DNA of 64,000 nt from NCBI GenBank assembly GCA_039024555.1, contig JBCCQQ010000001.1, forward strand, positions 160,001 to 224,000. The letters run 5' to 3'. Source of the stretch: Cyanobacteria bacterium P01_D01_bin.156. Lineage in GTDB: Bacteria; Cyanobacteriota; Cyanobacteriia; Phormidesmidales; Phormidesmidaceae. A program made the position numbers and the translations under genes. Below, one piece after another: positions 9,748-20,185 of this stretch (position 1 is its first letter; every line of letters starts with the position of its first letter). The notes beneath the pieces were generated by a model. That model did not search any database, was not told where the DNA came from, and worked only from the letters and a program-made list of their open reading frames with translations.

Positions 9748-10887
9748 ATGAAATTTTATATAACAATGCTTGTGACAACACTTTTAATGTTGTCCAAGAC
9801 GACTATTGCAGCCGCAGTTTCTATTCCTGAAATCAAGTCAGAACCCGTAGTTCAAGGTCAAGAAACTCTCATTTGGCCTCGCGAGGGTGATCGTGACCTA
9901 ATTCCACAGCGTTCCTTTGACTATCCCGATTTAACAGGACGAGGCAATGTTATCGATGACTGGCATATGCAAACCAGCCGTGATGATTGGGATTTATTAA
10001 TTTCATCGGCAGGTAACTTTCATCGTTTCTTAAACGGCTTTTTCCGTCAGCGATACTTACCTAACAATCCTAGTGTTGCCAACGGCCAATGGGGGTACTC
10101 TACCTCGCCACCCATTTCCCTTGAGCAGATTGAAAATGGAGGACGTTTGACTTTTGGAAACATAGAAATCATGGGGAATCCCATGATTGTCACAGGTCCC
10201 AAGAAACTTATGGAGGAGATGAAGAGACGTGGATTTGCTGAAGGTGAGCCCGCACCTATGCTCAGTAACCATGGTAATGTGCTGCTGGTTAGGGCAGGTA
10301 ATCCTAAGAATATTCAAGGTCTTTGGGATTTAGGTCGACCCGACGTCAAAGTTGCCACCCCAAATCCCAAAACTGAGACTCGGGCTTTTGACAACTACCG
10401 TACCAGTATCTTTCACATGGCGTTTCGTGATGTGGAAGCACAGACTGGCAACATTGACGAAGCCGAGCGCCAAGCTAATCTACTGTTTAATCAAGTCTTT
10501 AACAACCAGTCTATCCCTGGCAAATGGGTTGTTGGAGATCGAATCCACCATCGGGATTTACCTCAAATCGTAGCCGATAGCGATGCTGATGCTGGTATCT
10601 TCTTCTATCACTTAGCGCAAACAGCTATGGAAGCTCATCCTGGCAGGTTTGAGATTGTTCCCCTAGGAGGCACCGCGGAAAATCCAGAGCCCATGCTAGG
10701 GAATCGTGTAGCCACCATGTTTGCTATTCGTATTGCAGGAGATTGGACGTCTCAGCAAAAGACCAACCGAGATCGGTTCTTCTCAAAAATTACTAGTCCA
10801 AGAGAGAATCGGACTCTCTTGAAGAGATACTGGTTACGGCCACCAGTGACAACTGGCAATAATCAACCTCCTTTACCGAGTAATTAG
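9748..10887 (+). CDS. Exported substrate-binding protein, ModA/AcfC-like (type II PBP)
   Basis: N-terminal signal peptide, LLVRAGNPKNIQGLWDLGRPDVKVATPNP segment and the ADAGIFFYHLA motif. Confidence 0.7.
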   Translation: MKFYITMLVTTLLMLSKTTIAAAVSIPEIKSEPVVQGQETLIWPREGDRDLIPQRSFDYPDLTGRGNVIDDWHMQTSRDDWDLLISSAGNFHRFLNGFFRQRYLPNNPSVANGQWGYSTSPPISLEQIENGGRLTFGNIEIMGNPMIVTGPKKLMEEMKRRGFAEGEPAPMLSNHGNVLLVRAGNPKNIQGLWDLGRPDVKVATPNPKTETRAFDNYRTSIFHMAFRDVEAQTGNIDEAERQANLLFNQVFNNQSIPGKWVVGDRIHHRDLPQIVADSDADAGIFFYHLAQTAMEAHPGRFEIVPLGGTAENPEPMLGNRVATMFAIRIAGDWTSQQKTNRDRFFSKITSPRENRTLLKRYWLRPPVTTGNNQPPLPSN

Positions 10888-10933
10888 GGTCTAGATAAAG
10901 AGTGGCTAACAACCGCTCTGGGCTAGATATCCA

Positions 10934-10984
10934 CAAGCCTTTTGGCGGTGCTTAATCTTTAATCAAGCACCGCCAAAAGGCTTG
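10934..10984. repeat. Perfect 20-bp inverted repeat (hairpin; terminator or MITE-like remnant)
   Basis: CAAGCCTTTTGGCGGTGCTT-11 nt-AAGCACCGCCAAAAGGCTTG. Confidence 0.8.
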
Positions 10985-11237
10985 ATTCAATGGTTTAAAC
11001 ACGCCACTATCTCAGACTCATACTTCAACCTGACAAACTCTAAATTCTGCTATACCTCAGTCAGCATCAGCTCTGACGAAACTTCGGTCGTTGTAACTGC
11101 ACGGTTTGAGTTGGGTTGAGTGTCAAGCTGTGTAAATAAAACTATCTGTTTGCAACAAAGACTTAGGCATTACAAACGACAGCTCAGCCTATTTCCACAA
11201 TAGAGGTAAGCACACACCACCTCAGAAAATAATTTCC

Positions 11238-14210
11238 ATGGTCATCCAAGGAGCATCCACACAAAAAGCTTCCGCCGCTATCTACGAAACCGCCACCCAG
11301 ACCATTGCCAAGGAGCTGCTGGCCGAAACCGAAGAACGTCAAGGCTGGCTTGGAAAACTCCGCGATCGCACCCGTCTCCACGATCAGCTCCTCGGCTTTG
11401 CCATGGCCAACCCCGGCCTGCGAGTGCAACTGTTTCAGCTGATCGACTGCCTGCCCTCATTACCCGACAAAACTGCGATCGCTCACCACATCCGCGACTA
11501 CCTAGGCCAAGAGACCGTCGAACTACCCGGCCCCCTCAAAGCACTGCTCAACTTTACCCAGGCCAATTCCGTACCGGGCCATCTGGCAGCTACCACCTTC
11601 TCTACAGCCGTAGCCACCATGGCCAAAAAATACATTGCCGGAGAAACCATCGACCAGGTATTCAAAAGCCTAAATCAGTTACAAAAACAAAATCTCACCT
11701 TTACCGTGGACCTCTTAGGTGAAGCCGTCATTACCGAAGCAGAAGCTGAAGGTTACCTAAACCGCTATCTGTTGTTAATGGAACAACTAGCGGAGAAATT
11801 CCCCAACAAAGCTGAAGCCGAGTTGTCTAACTCGCAGGTGTCAGTTAAACTCACGGCCTTTTATTCTCAATTTGATCCGCTCAATCCCACCGGCACCCGA
11901 GACAAGGTGAGCGAACGGGTACGCCGACTGCTGCGAAAAGCAGGAGAGCTCGGTGTAGCGATCCATTTTGACATGGAACAATATGTCTACAAAGACCTGA
12001 CCCTAGCCATCCTCAAAAATGTATTGATGGAAGATGAATTCCGTCAGCGTAGCAACATTGGTCTCACGCAACAGGCTTATCTGCAGGATAGTTACTACGA
12101 CCTAAAAGACATCATCAAATGGGTTAAAGAACGAGGCACTCCTCTGACCGTAAGGCTGATCAAAGGCGCTTACTGGGACCAGGAGATGATTAAAGCGATG
12201 CAGCATGGCTGGGCACCACCAGTGTATCGGCATAAGGTCTCCACCGATGCTAATTTTGAACGCATGACGCGAGTGTTGTTGGAACATCACGAGGTGATTT
12301 ATGCAGCTATCGGTAGTCATAATGTGCGCTCCCAGGCTCACGCCATCGCCATTGCCGAGGCCCTCAACATTCCTAAACGCAATCTTGAATTGCAGGTACT
12401 CTACGGCATGGCTGACAAGCTAGCTGTTGTCTTAGCCAAACGGGACTACCGGGTGCGGGTGTACTGCCCCTATGGCAATCTCATTCCCGGCATGGCCTAT
12501 CTAATTCGCCGACTGCTAGAGAATACGGCCAACACATCCTTCCTGCGCCAGTCCCTGGAAGAAACGCCCATGGCGGATCTGATTGCTCGCCCAGAATTTG
12601 TCGACATCGATACCCAGCCTGCTGAGCCAATTCTTCGTCAGGAGTTTAACAATGCCCCCGATACGGACTACGCACAACAACAGGCCAGACAAACAGCCCA
12701 GCAAGCTATTGAACAGGTGCGTAACCAGTTGGGTAAACGCTACAGCTCCTGGGTAAATGGACAATACCTAGCCACAGAAACGGTAGTACCGTCGGTAAAT
12801 CCCTCCAACCCAGCAGAGGTTGTTGGCCACATTAGTTTGCTGGATACGGCCCAGGCGGATGCTGCCATGGCCGCAGCTAAGGATGCTTTTGCCACCTGGC
12901 GCGATACCCCAGCCCCAGAGCGGGCAGCCTGCTTGCGTCGGGCCGGAGATCTTATGGCCAAACGCCGGGAAGAGCTATCGGCTTGGATTGTTCTAGAGGT
13001 GGGCAAACCGCTGCGCCAGGCAGATGGAGAAGTTTCCGAGGCCATCGACTTTTGCTATTACTATGCTGATGAAATGGAGCGGCTAGATGCTGGTATCGCC
13101 GCTGATGTGCCAGGAGAGACCAACCGCTATCGCTATTTCCCCAAGGGTATTGCCCTGGTGATTTCGCCATGGAATTTCCCCCTTGCGATCGCAACCGGCA
13201 TGACCGTAGCCGCCTTGGTCGCTGGTAACTGTACCCTGCTCAAACCTGCTGAAAATTCCGCCGTTATCGCCGCTAAGCTAGCCGAGATTCTCATCGAAGC
13301 CGGTTTCCCACCCGGTGTATTTCAGCTCATCTTTGCGAGAGGATCTACCGTCGGTGCCCATCTGGTCAAACATCCCGATATCCATCTAATTGCCTTTACC
13401 GGTTCAAGGGAAGTGGGCTGTCGCATTTATGCTGATGCAGCTCAACTCAGCTCGGGTCAAACGCATTTAAAGCGGGTGATTGCAGAAATGGGCGGTAAAA
13501 ACGCCATTATTGTCGATACTAGTGCCGATCTGGATCAGGCCGTGCAAGGTGTTGTATATTCTGCCTTTGGCTACAGTGGGCAAAAGTGTTCCGCCTGTTC
13601 ACGAGTAATTGTTCTAGAGGCCGTTCACGATACGTTTGTAGAGCGTTTAGTAGAAGCCACACGGTCTCTCAATGTCGGAGCCGCTGAATCTCCTGGCACC
13701 AAAGTGGGACCAGTGATTGATGCCACTTCCCAGAAACGCATTCAAGAGTATATCGAAACCGGAAAACAAGCAGGAGAGTTAGTGCTATCTATGGACGCAC
13801 CGGATACCGGATATTTTGTAGGGCCTACTATTTTTAGTCAAATATCTGCTGATGACACAATTGCTCAACAGGAGATTTTTGGTCCTGTGCTAGCGGTTAT
13901 TACTGCTAAAACGTTTGCAAATGCGATTGCGATCGCCAACGGTACCGACTATGCCCTGACAGGGGGTCTTTATTCTCGCACTCCTGAACACATCCAACGG
14001 GCTCAAGCTGAATTTGAAGTGGGCAATCTCTACATTAATCGAAGCATTACGGGTGCCATAGTTGCCCGTCAGCCCTTCGGTGGCTTTAAGCTATCTGGCG
14101 TTGGCTCCAAAGCAGGTGGGGCAGATTACCTACTCCAGTTCATGGAACCCAGAGTCGTCACCGAAAATATCCAACGACAAGGCTTTGCCCCCATCGAAGG
14201 ATTTGAGTAA
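11238..14210 (+). CDS. putA: Bifunctional proline dehydrogenase / P5C dehydrogenase
   Basis: PRODH motifs (DLLGEAV, RLIKGAYWD, YLIRRLLENTAN) and ALDH motifs (ISPWNFP, EMGGKN, GQKCSAC, EIFGP). Confidence 0.95.
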   Translation: MVIQGASTQKASAAIYETATQTIAKELLAETEERQGWLGKLRDRTRLHDQLLGFAMANPGLRVQLFQLIDCLPSLPDKTAIAHHIRDYLGQETVELPGPLKALLNFTQANSVPGHLAATTFSTAVATMAKKYIAGETIDQVFKSLNQLQKQNLTFTVDLLGEAVITEAEAEGYLNRYLLLMEQLAEKFPNKAEAELSNSQVSVKLTAFYSQFDPLNPTGTRDKVSERVRRLLRKAGELGVAIHFDMEQYVYKDLTLAILKNVLMEDEFRQRSNIGLTQQAYLQDSYYDLKDIIKWVKERGTPLTVRLIKGAYWDQEMIKAMQHGWAPPVYRHKVSTDANFERMTRVLLEHHEVIYAAIGSHNVRSQAHAIAIAEALNIPKRNLELQVLYGMADKLAVVLAKRDYRVRVYCPYGNLIPGMAYLIRRLLENTANTSFLRQSLEETPMADLIARPEFVDIDTQPAEPILRQEFNNAPDTDYAQQQARQTAQQAIEQVRNQLGKRYSSWVNGQYLATETVVPSVNPSNPAEVVGHISLLDTAQADAAMAAAKDAFATWRDTPAPERAACLRRAGDLMAKRREELSAWIVLEVGKPLRQADGEVSEAIDFCYYYADEMERLDAGIAADVPGETNRYRYFPKGIALVISPWNFPLAIATGMTVAALVAGNCTLLKPAENSAVIAAKLAEILIEAGFPPGVFQLIFARGSTVGAHLVKHPDIHLIAFTGSREVGCRIYADAAQLSSGQTHLKRVIAEMGGKNAIIVDTSADLDQAVQGVVYSAFGYSGQKCSACSRVIVLEAVHDTFVERLVEATRSLNVGAAESPGTKVGPVIDATSQKRIQEYIETGKQAGELVLSMDAPDTGYFVGPTIFSQISADDTIAQQEIFGPVLAVITAKTFANAIAIANGTDYALTGGLYSRTPEHIQRAQAEFEVGNLYINRSITGAIVARQPFGGFKLSGVGSKAGGADYLLQFMEPRVVTENIQRQGFAPIEGFE

Positions 14211-14226
14211 ATCTCTCGATACGAAG

Positions 14227-14427
14227 TCAGTCATCCATCCATCCACACTGATCGCAATCCCAATGGACCTGCTGCTGTTGAGTCTGACGGATAGGCATGT
14301 CGCAGCTAGGACACCGCCCTGTAAACATAGGATGCCAGTTGAGCCTGGCTAATTGTTGCTGCAGTGTATGACGTACAACTGGGGTCGGCATGACTTCCTC
14401 GTTGTAGGTTGAACTGTCGCTATTCAT
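14227..14427 (-). CDS. Small Zn-ribbon hypothetical protein
   Basis: HPMFTGRCPSC...HWDCDQCGWMDD, i.e. paired CxxC motifs. Confidence 0.7.
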   Translation of the reverse strand: MNSDSSTYNEEVMPTPVVRHTLQQQLARLNWHPMFTGRCPSCDMPIRQTQQQQVHWDCDQCGWMDD

Positions 14428-14918
14428 AATTTACAAGCTCCCCATTCCTGGAATGCTGATACAAGGTCAATATGTATAGCAGCCGCTAGCTCCATTAGAG
14501 CAAGGCTGCGACGCCATTTCGTTTTTTTGCCAAGCAGGATAGTTTCCCTAAATGGCCTAAGGTAAATGGCGCAAGCTACATACCTGGGGGGCGTCAGATC
14601 TAGCTTGCAGACATCCTCTGTAATTCCACGTAAATATCTGCATGATTTATGTGACATATAAATTCAGGGCAGGTTCCCCATAATGACCTATCAAACTAGG
14701 TCAAATACTCTCCGTGCTAGTCAAGCTGAGATTACGTTCAACTTATTCCTAGTGCAAAACCACTAGCTTCAAGAGTTTAGCGGAGGCAATTTATAAGTGA
14801 TCGCGTTCATTGAGAGATTCTAACCCCGAGGCAAACCGTCAAACCCTCATTAAGAATCGAATTCTTAACCGCTTTCTGTAGTAGCGTTATTGACTGAAGT
14901 CCTAAATGCCCTTTAGCA

Positions 14919-15971
14919 ATGACAACCAACTGGTCCAGCCTGCTACAGCAACTTATTGATAAGCAGTCCCTCTCTGTCGATCAAGCGGAAGCCTTGATGC
15001 AGGGCTGGTTGACAGAGTCCGTTGATCCAATCATGTCCGGTGCTATTCTAGCAGCCCTACAGTCCAAAGGGTTTTCAGCAGATGAACTGGCAGGGATGGC
15101 CCGGGTACTGCAAAGTCAATCCTTGGGTGGCATGCAGGCCGATGACTCTTTACCTAGCCCCCGCATTGATACCTGCGGCACCGGTGGTGATGGCGCTTCC
15201 ACCTTTAATATTTCCACGGCGGTCACCTTTGTGGCAGCAGCAGCGGGTATTCCAGTTGTTAAGCATGGCAATCGATCTGCATCCAGCAAAGTAGGTTCTG
15301 CTGATGTACTGGAAGGATTAGGTGTAGACTTGAGCGCACCACCAGAAAAGGCTAAGGCTGCCGTGAAAGAAGTCGGTGTTACATTCCTGTTTGCTCGGGG
15401 TTGGCATCCAGCGATGAAAGCCGTAGCCCCTATTCGTGGCACCTTGAAAATTCGCACGGTGTTTAACTTGCTAGGGCCATTAGTCAATCCGCTGCGTCCC
15501 ACCGGTCAAGTGATTGGGGTATTTGACCCATCGGTTATTTCCACCATGGCCGAAGCCTTAAACCAACTGGGTATGGGGCAAGCCGTTGTGCTGCACGGTC
15601 GTGAAGGGCTAGACGAAGCAGGGTTAGGAGATGCGACAGACCTAGCCGTGCTGGCTAATGGCAAAGTGATTCCCAAGGTGATTGATCCTCAAAGTATGGG
15701 ACTCACTAAAGCAGATGTGGCTGCCTTGCGCGGGGGAGAACTCGAAGAGAATATGACCATTCTACGCAATGTGCTCCAGGGGAAAGGCACTCAAGCTCAG
15801 CAGGATGCCGTTGCTCTCAATGCAGCCCTAGCATTACAGGTGGGGGGAGCTGTTACTGGAGACACTTTTGAATCAGCCTGTGCCCACGGGGTCACTAAAG
15901 CTCAAGAGATTATCGCCAGTGGTGCAGCTTGGGATAAGTTAGAACAACTGGTGGCCTTCTTAAAAAGCTAG
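14919..15971 (+). CDS. trpD: Anthranilate phosphoribosyltransferase
   Basis: [20 protein letters not shown] and GSADVLE motifs. Confidence 0.95.
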   Translation: MTTNWSSLLQQLIDKQSLSVDQAEALMQGWLTESVDPIMSGAILAALQSKGFSADELAGMARVLQSQSLGGMQADDSLPSPRIDTCGTGGDGASTFNISTAVTFVAAAAGIPVVKHGNRSASSKVGSADVLEGLGVDLSAPPEKAKAAVKEVGVTFLFARGWHPAMKAVAPIRGTLKIRTVFNLLGPLVNPLRPTGQVIGVFDPSVISTMAEALNQLGMGQAVVLHGREGLDEAGLGDATDLAVLANGKVIPKVIDPQSMGLTKADVAALRGGELEENMTILRNVLQGKGTQAQQDAVALNAALALQVGGAVTGDTFESACAHGVTKAQEIIASGAAWDKLEQLVAFLKS

Positions 15972-16010
15972 CTAGAGAGAAAAGTCTGTTATTCAGAGGG
16001 TGGGCAATAC

Positions 16011-17357
16011 TCACCCTTTGTCATTACTAACCATACTATCTATTGAATCTTGACACGATATTCCTTGGGCTAAAAGGGCTGCCACCCCCATGGAACAACC
16101 GCCTAAAAGAACAATACTGATTCGATCGCACCCCATACAGGTAATTAACCAGCCCAGCCCTAACGATGCAACAATCTCGGGCAGCACAATAAAACAGTTA
16201 AAAATACCCATGTAGAGACAGTTTTGTTCAGCTGGAATTGATTTAACTAACAATGCATAGGGCAGTGAGTGCATACTAGCGATCGCAATTCCCACACCCA
16301 CCATCGGCAACAGTAACAACACTGGCTGGTGAATCCAATTGATAGCAATCAGCCCAGCCGCACCACACAGCAGACTCAAACTATGGGTATGCTGTTCTCC
16401 TAATTTATCGACTACCCCATAGAGACAAACAGCGGCAACACAGCAAACTAGATTGTCGACAGCCAAACACAGACCAGACCATTCAATACTTTTGGCATAG
16501 AGGGGTGTGCCCGGCACAGCACCAAAAATATGATGGGCAATGGCCGGGGGTAGATAGAGAAACATACAAAATATCCCTAACCAGCTAAAGCATTGCACCC
16601 AGGCCAATCGACGCATCGTGGGAGGCATAGTTGTAACTGCTTGCCAAATTTGCTGCACCATACTTCCTTCTGGTTCAGGCAATGCCAGAGGTTCAGGCTC
16701 GGATGTAGTGACCACCGTCCACACCACCGACCCTAAAAATATAACGGCGCCCAGATAAAACGCATATTTGATGGACAGGGGAATATTTCCAGACTGGGTT
16801 ATGCCAGGCCAGTGTCCCATCATCCATGGCATGGCCGAGGCCAACACAGTTCCCATGCCACAGAGCAGGCTCTGTAGAATAAATCCTTGGGTTTGCTGAG
16901 CCACAGGAACTTGATCGGCCACAAACGACCGAAACGGAGTCATGCTGACATTGGCAGACGCATCTAGTAACCAAAGCAACCCTGCCGCCACCCAAAGGCT
17001 CGGGGCATTAGGCAATAGCACCAAAGCGATAGAACTGAGAACGGCTCCTACCAAAAAGTAAGGACGGCGACGACCCAAGGGAGTCCAGGTGCGATCGCTC
17101 CAGTAACCCACCACAGGCTGGATCAGCAGCCCACTCATGGGAGCGGCCAACCAGAGTAATGGCAGTTGCTGAGGCGTAGCTCCTAAAGATTCAAAAATGG
17201 CGCTGCCATTAGCCATTTGCAAGCCCCAGCCAAACTGGATGCCAAGAAATCCAAAGCTCATATTCCATAACGCCCCTATCCTGGTCGGCTGGCGTAAAGC
17301 AGGGGAAGGATTTGAAGCAGACGATGTATGAGCAACAAAGTGAACAGTTTCTACCAT
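16011..17357 (-). CDS. MFS/GPH-family disaccharide (sucrose/maltose-type) transporter
   Basis: GIQFGWGLQ, QPVVGYWSD and GRRRPY motifs typical of SUC/SLC45-like transporters; about 12 TM helices. Confidence 0.8.
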   Translation of the reverse strand: MVETVHFVAHTSSASNPSPALRQPTRIGALWNMSFGFLGIQFGWGLQMANGSAIFESLGATPQQLPLLWLAAPMSGLLIQPVVGYWSDRTWTPLGRRRPYFLVGAVLSSIALVLLPNAPSLWVAAGLLWLLDASANVSMTPFRSFVADQVPVAQQTQGFILQSLLCGMGTVLASAMPWMMGHWPGITQSGNIPLSIKYAFYLGAVIFLGSVVWTVVTTSEPEPLALPEPEGSMVQQIWQAVTTMPPTMRRLAWVQCFSWLGIFCMFLYLPPAIAHHIFGAVPGTPLYAKSIEWSGLCLAVDNLVCCVAAVCLYGVVDKLGEQHTHSLSLLCGAAGLIAINWIHQPVLLLLPMVGVGIAIASMHSLPYALLVKSIPAEQNCLYMGIFNCFIVLPEIVASLGLGWLITCMGCDRISIVLLGGCSMGVAALLAQGISCQDSIDSMVSNDKG

Positions 17358-17472
17358 GGCATGGCCATGGACTGCAGTACAAAATTCTGAACAAGATTAA
17401 GCATAAACACTATTAAACTGCCACAGCCAATAAACAGGCCATAGCTTAAGGCAAGTTATAGAGAGCATCGAC

Positions 17473-17517
17473 AATTTAAGGAATGCATTGTTTACAAAAC
17501 AATGCATTCCTTAAATT
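17473..17517. repeat. Perfect 21-bp-arm palindrome in a divergent promoter region
   Basis: AATTTAAGGAATGCATTGTTT-aca-AAACAATGCATTCCTTAAATT. Confidence 0.85.
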
Positions 17518-17686
17518 CACAGGACAATTTTTGTTGTAAATCACCAACACGCGCTCTTTTTCATTAAAGCCTTGTAGATTATTTTGCTGCAGATATATAT
17601 CTCTATGTAACGACCTTTGAATCAGACGTGTTTTCTCTAACAAGCATTTCTAGAATGGATGTAAGCAATCTTTATCCAATATCACT

Positions 17687-18181
17687 ATGGCCAGGAAAAC
17701 AGTTCTAACAAAAACGGCCACAAAAACTGTGGGTGAGATGATGACATCTTCTCCCTTAACAGCTACCCCAGAAATGCCCCTCAAGGATGCCATTCAACTA
17801 CTCGCCAGCCATCGAATTAGTGGATTACCCGTGGTTGACGCAGCTGGAGAAGCCATAGGAGAGATTTCTGAAACGGATCTAATGTGGCAGGTCAGTGGTG
17901 CTTCTCTCCCTGCCTATGTCATGCTGCTCGATAGTGTTGTATACCTAACCAATCCAGCTCGCTATAACCAAGAACTGCACAAGGCCTTGGGGCAAACCGT
18001 AGCTGATGTCATGTCTCGCAAGGTCACTCTAATCAAAAGTGATGACGATCTACAGCTGGCCGCTCAGCTGATGCACGATAAGCAAATTCGTCGGTTACTG
18101 GTTGTTGATGATACCCAACGAGTGGTTGGAATTTTGACTCGTGGAGATATCGTGCGTGAACTCGCTAAACAGTACAGCTAA
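17687..18181 (+). CDS. CBS-domain pair protein
   Basis: HRISGLPVVD and IRRLLVVD...VGILTRGDI CBS motifs. Confidence 0.9.
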   Translation: MARKTVLTKTATKTVGEMMTSSPLTATPEMPLKDAIQLLASHRISGLPVVDAAGEAIGEISETDLMWQVSGASLPAYVMLLDSVVYLTNPARYNQELHKALGQTVADVMSRKVTLIKSDDDLQLAAQLMHDKQIRRLLVVDDTQRVVGILTRGDIVRELAKQYS

Positions 18182-18259
18182 TCTGGCCATAGATTTAAAT
18201 GGTAATCAGTCTGGCCCTGTAATATTAGTTAGAGATTGCCACGACATGCCAGAAACTAC

Positions 18260-18934
18260 ATGACCATTTCTGTAGAACACATTAGACAGCAGCTTGCCTC
18301 CGAAGATCTAGGTGCCCGCTTGCGAGCAATCAACTTATTGCGTGACATTGACCCACCAACAGCATTCGAACTTATTCAAACCGTTGTCAATGACAAGAGT
18401 GCCCGGGTGCGCTATGCCGCAATTAGCCAGTTCTCATCCTTAGGCTTCCAGGATGTAGAAACGGCGCTAACTATTCTGAAAGAAGCACTTTACAACGACC
18501 CAGAAGCCGATGTTCAAGCTGCCGCTGCCGACTCTATTGGAGCTCTGAAGTTAACAGATGCTTACGATGACTTGGCCACAGTTTATAACAGTTCCTCGGA
18601 ATGGATTGTTCAGATGAGTATTGTGGCTTGTTTAGGCGAGTTAGGTGTAGCGCGAGGATTTGACTTACTAGAAACTGCTCTGAAATCTGATACTAGCCTA
18701 GTCGCACTCACAGCAATTGGCGCCCTAGGTGAGCTCAAAGACCCAAGAGCTATTCCCCTCCTATTACCCTTTGCGAGTCATGATGATTGGCAAGTCCGTC
18801 ACCGTTTGGCTCAGGCATTAGGCCACTACGTAGATACAGTACAGGCAGACGATGTATTACCTGCATTAACTAAACTTACAGAGGACTCCTCAGAGATTGT
18901 CACTGATGCAGCCAAGTACGCTCTCAACATCTGA
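18260..18934 (+). CDS. nblB: HEAT-repeat phycobilisome degradation protein NblB
   Basis: PBS-lyase HEAT repeats (RVRYAA, DVQAAAAD, WQVRHRLAQAL). In-frame ATG at 18260 preferred over TTG at 18236. Confidence 0.8.
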   Translation: MTISVEHIRQQLASEDLGARLRAINLLRDIDPPTAFELIQTVVNDKSARVRYAAISQFSSLGFQDVETALTILKEALYNDPEADVQAAAADSIGALKLTDAYDDLATVYNSSSEWIVQMSIVACLGELGVARGFDLLETALKSDTSLVALTAIGALGELKDPRAIPLLLPFASHDDWQVRHRLAQALGHYVDTVQADDVLPALTKLTEDSSEIVTDAAKYALNI

Positions 18935-19567
18935 AGTGTTGGGCAATATTGTGAGCAATTTTATATACCTTTGGCGAGCATCAATGGATTGTTTTGAAAC
19001 AAACGTATATTCAAATACTGCGATACCAATCCAGAGGTAATGCTCACAGTGACTTTCAGTTGTCTCATTGAGCCGCTTAGACTCAACTCTTACTAGGCAA
19101 AAGCTTTACAAATTGGATGCGATTTATTGGACGTTGTAGTGACTATAAATCATCTCTAATACAGTGTATTTCTCAAATTGTTAGATTACTGAATTCCCTC
19201 ATCTTTCATCAGGATACATGTGATAAAGGCTACCTAATGTCAATAGTTCCTATGGTGAATTTGTGTAGACTCGACAGATAATTTTGGCGGAAAAATTTAA
19301 GACATAACTTACTTCATTTAGTGTATGAAAACTGCAAATTTACGTTTCAAATCAGCAGGTTTTCCTGTTTTCAGACGTCACTTATTGCATATCTGATATA
19401 TTAGAAAAAGAAAAAATCCGTTTAATTTTCCATAGTCTGTCGCAAGACATATTTTTCTAAAAGATCATCGCCTTAAAGAGTCATATATTCAATTCAATCT
19501 TTTTCTGTCCCCTGTTAGCTATACGTCTGTCATCCGTAGCGATTAGTTCGATTTTGGGAATGATTTC

Positions 19568-20056
19568 ATGGTTAGTGTGATGAAACCATCCACAGGAGAA
19601 AAATGGGATAGGCTTAGTTTTGCTTCCACACTATATTTGTGTCCGATTCTTGATACTTTACTGGAGCATGCACCTGCAGAAATGCACGATGAGCTGCGTT
19701 TAGGTTTACAGGAAGCTCTAGTAAATGCAGCTAAGCACGGTAATTGTTTGGATCCTGGTAAGCAAGTATCCGTGCAATATGCCGAAATCCATGGTGATTA
19801 TTGGTGGATAATTACCGATCAGGGCAGTGGATTTGACATTCCCTACGAATGTGAGAAATGTCCTGAAGAGCAGGCAAATGAAGGCACATACGACTGTGGA
19901 CGTGGTCTGTTCATCTTGCATCAGATTTTTGACCAGGTGCATTGGTCCCAAAAAGGAAATGAGGTTCGTTTATGTAAGCGATGGAAGCGTTGGCCAAGTT
20001 TTTTCAAGCGCTTACAGAATGCTTGGGTCGCTGATGAGAAGATGGCAGTGAGCTAA
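19568..20056 (+). CDS. pmgA: RsbW-like anti-sigma factor/kinase PmgA
   Basis: SFASTLYLCPILD, ELRLGLQEALVNAAKHGN, DQGSGF and GRGLF motifs. Confidence 0.88.
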   Translation: MVSVMKPSTGEKWDRLSFASTLYLCPILDTLLEHAPAEMHDELRLGLQEALVNAAKHGNCLDPGKQVSVQYAEIHGDYWWIITDQGSGFDIPYECEKCPEEQANEGTYDCGRGLFILHQIFDQVHWSQKGNEVRLCKRWKRWPSFFKRLQNAWVADEKMAVS

Positions 20057-20185
20057 TAGGGGCTGTCGCCCTTACTATTAATATCAGTAGCAGATCCCAT
20101 TTGAGTGCCTGCCAAGCCTATGGTCCCTTAGCTTAGCTGTTTTCTTGCTCAATTTTCTCTTTCGTTGAAGTAGGACACAGTATCG

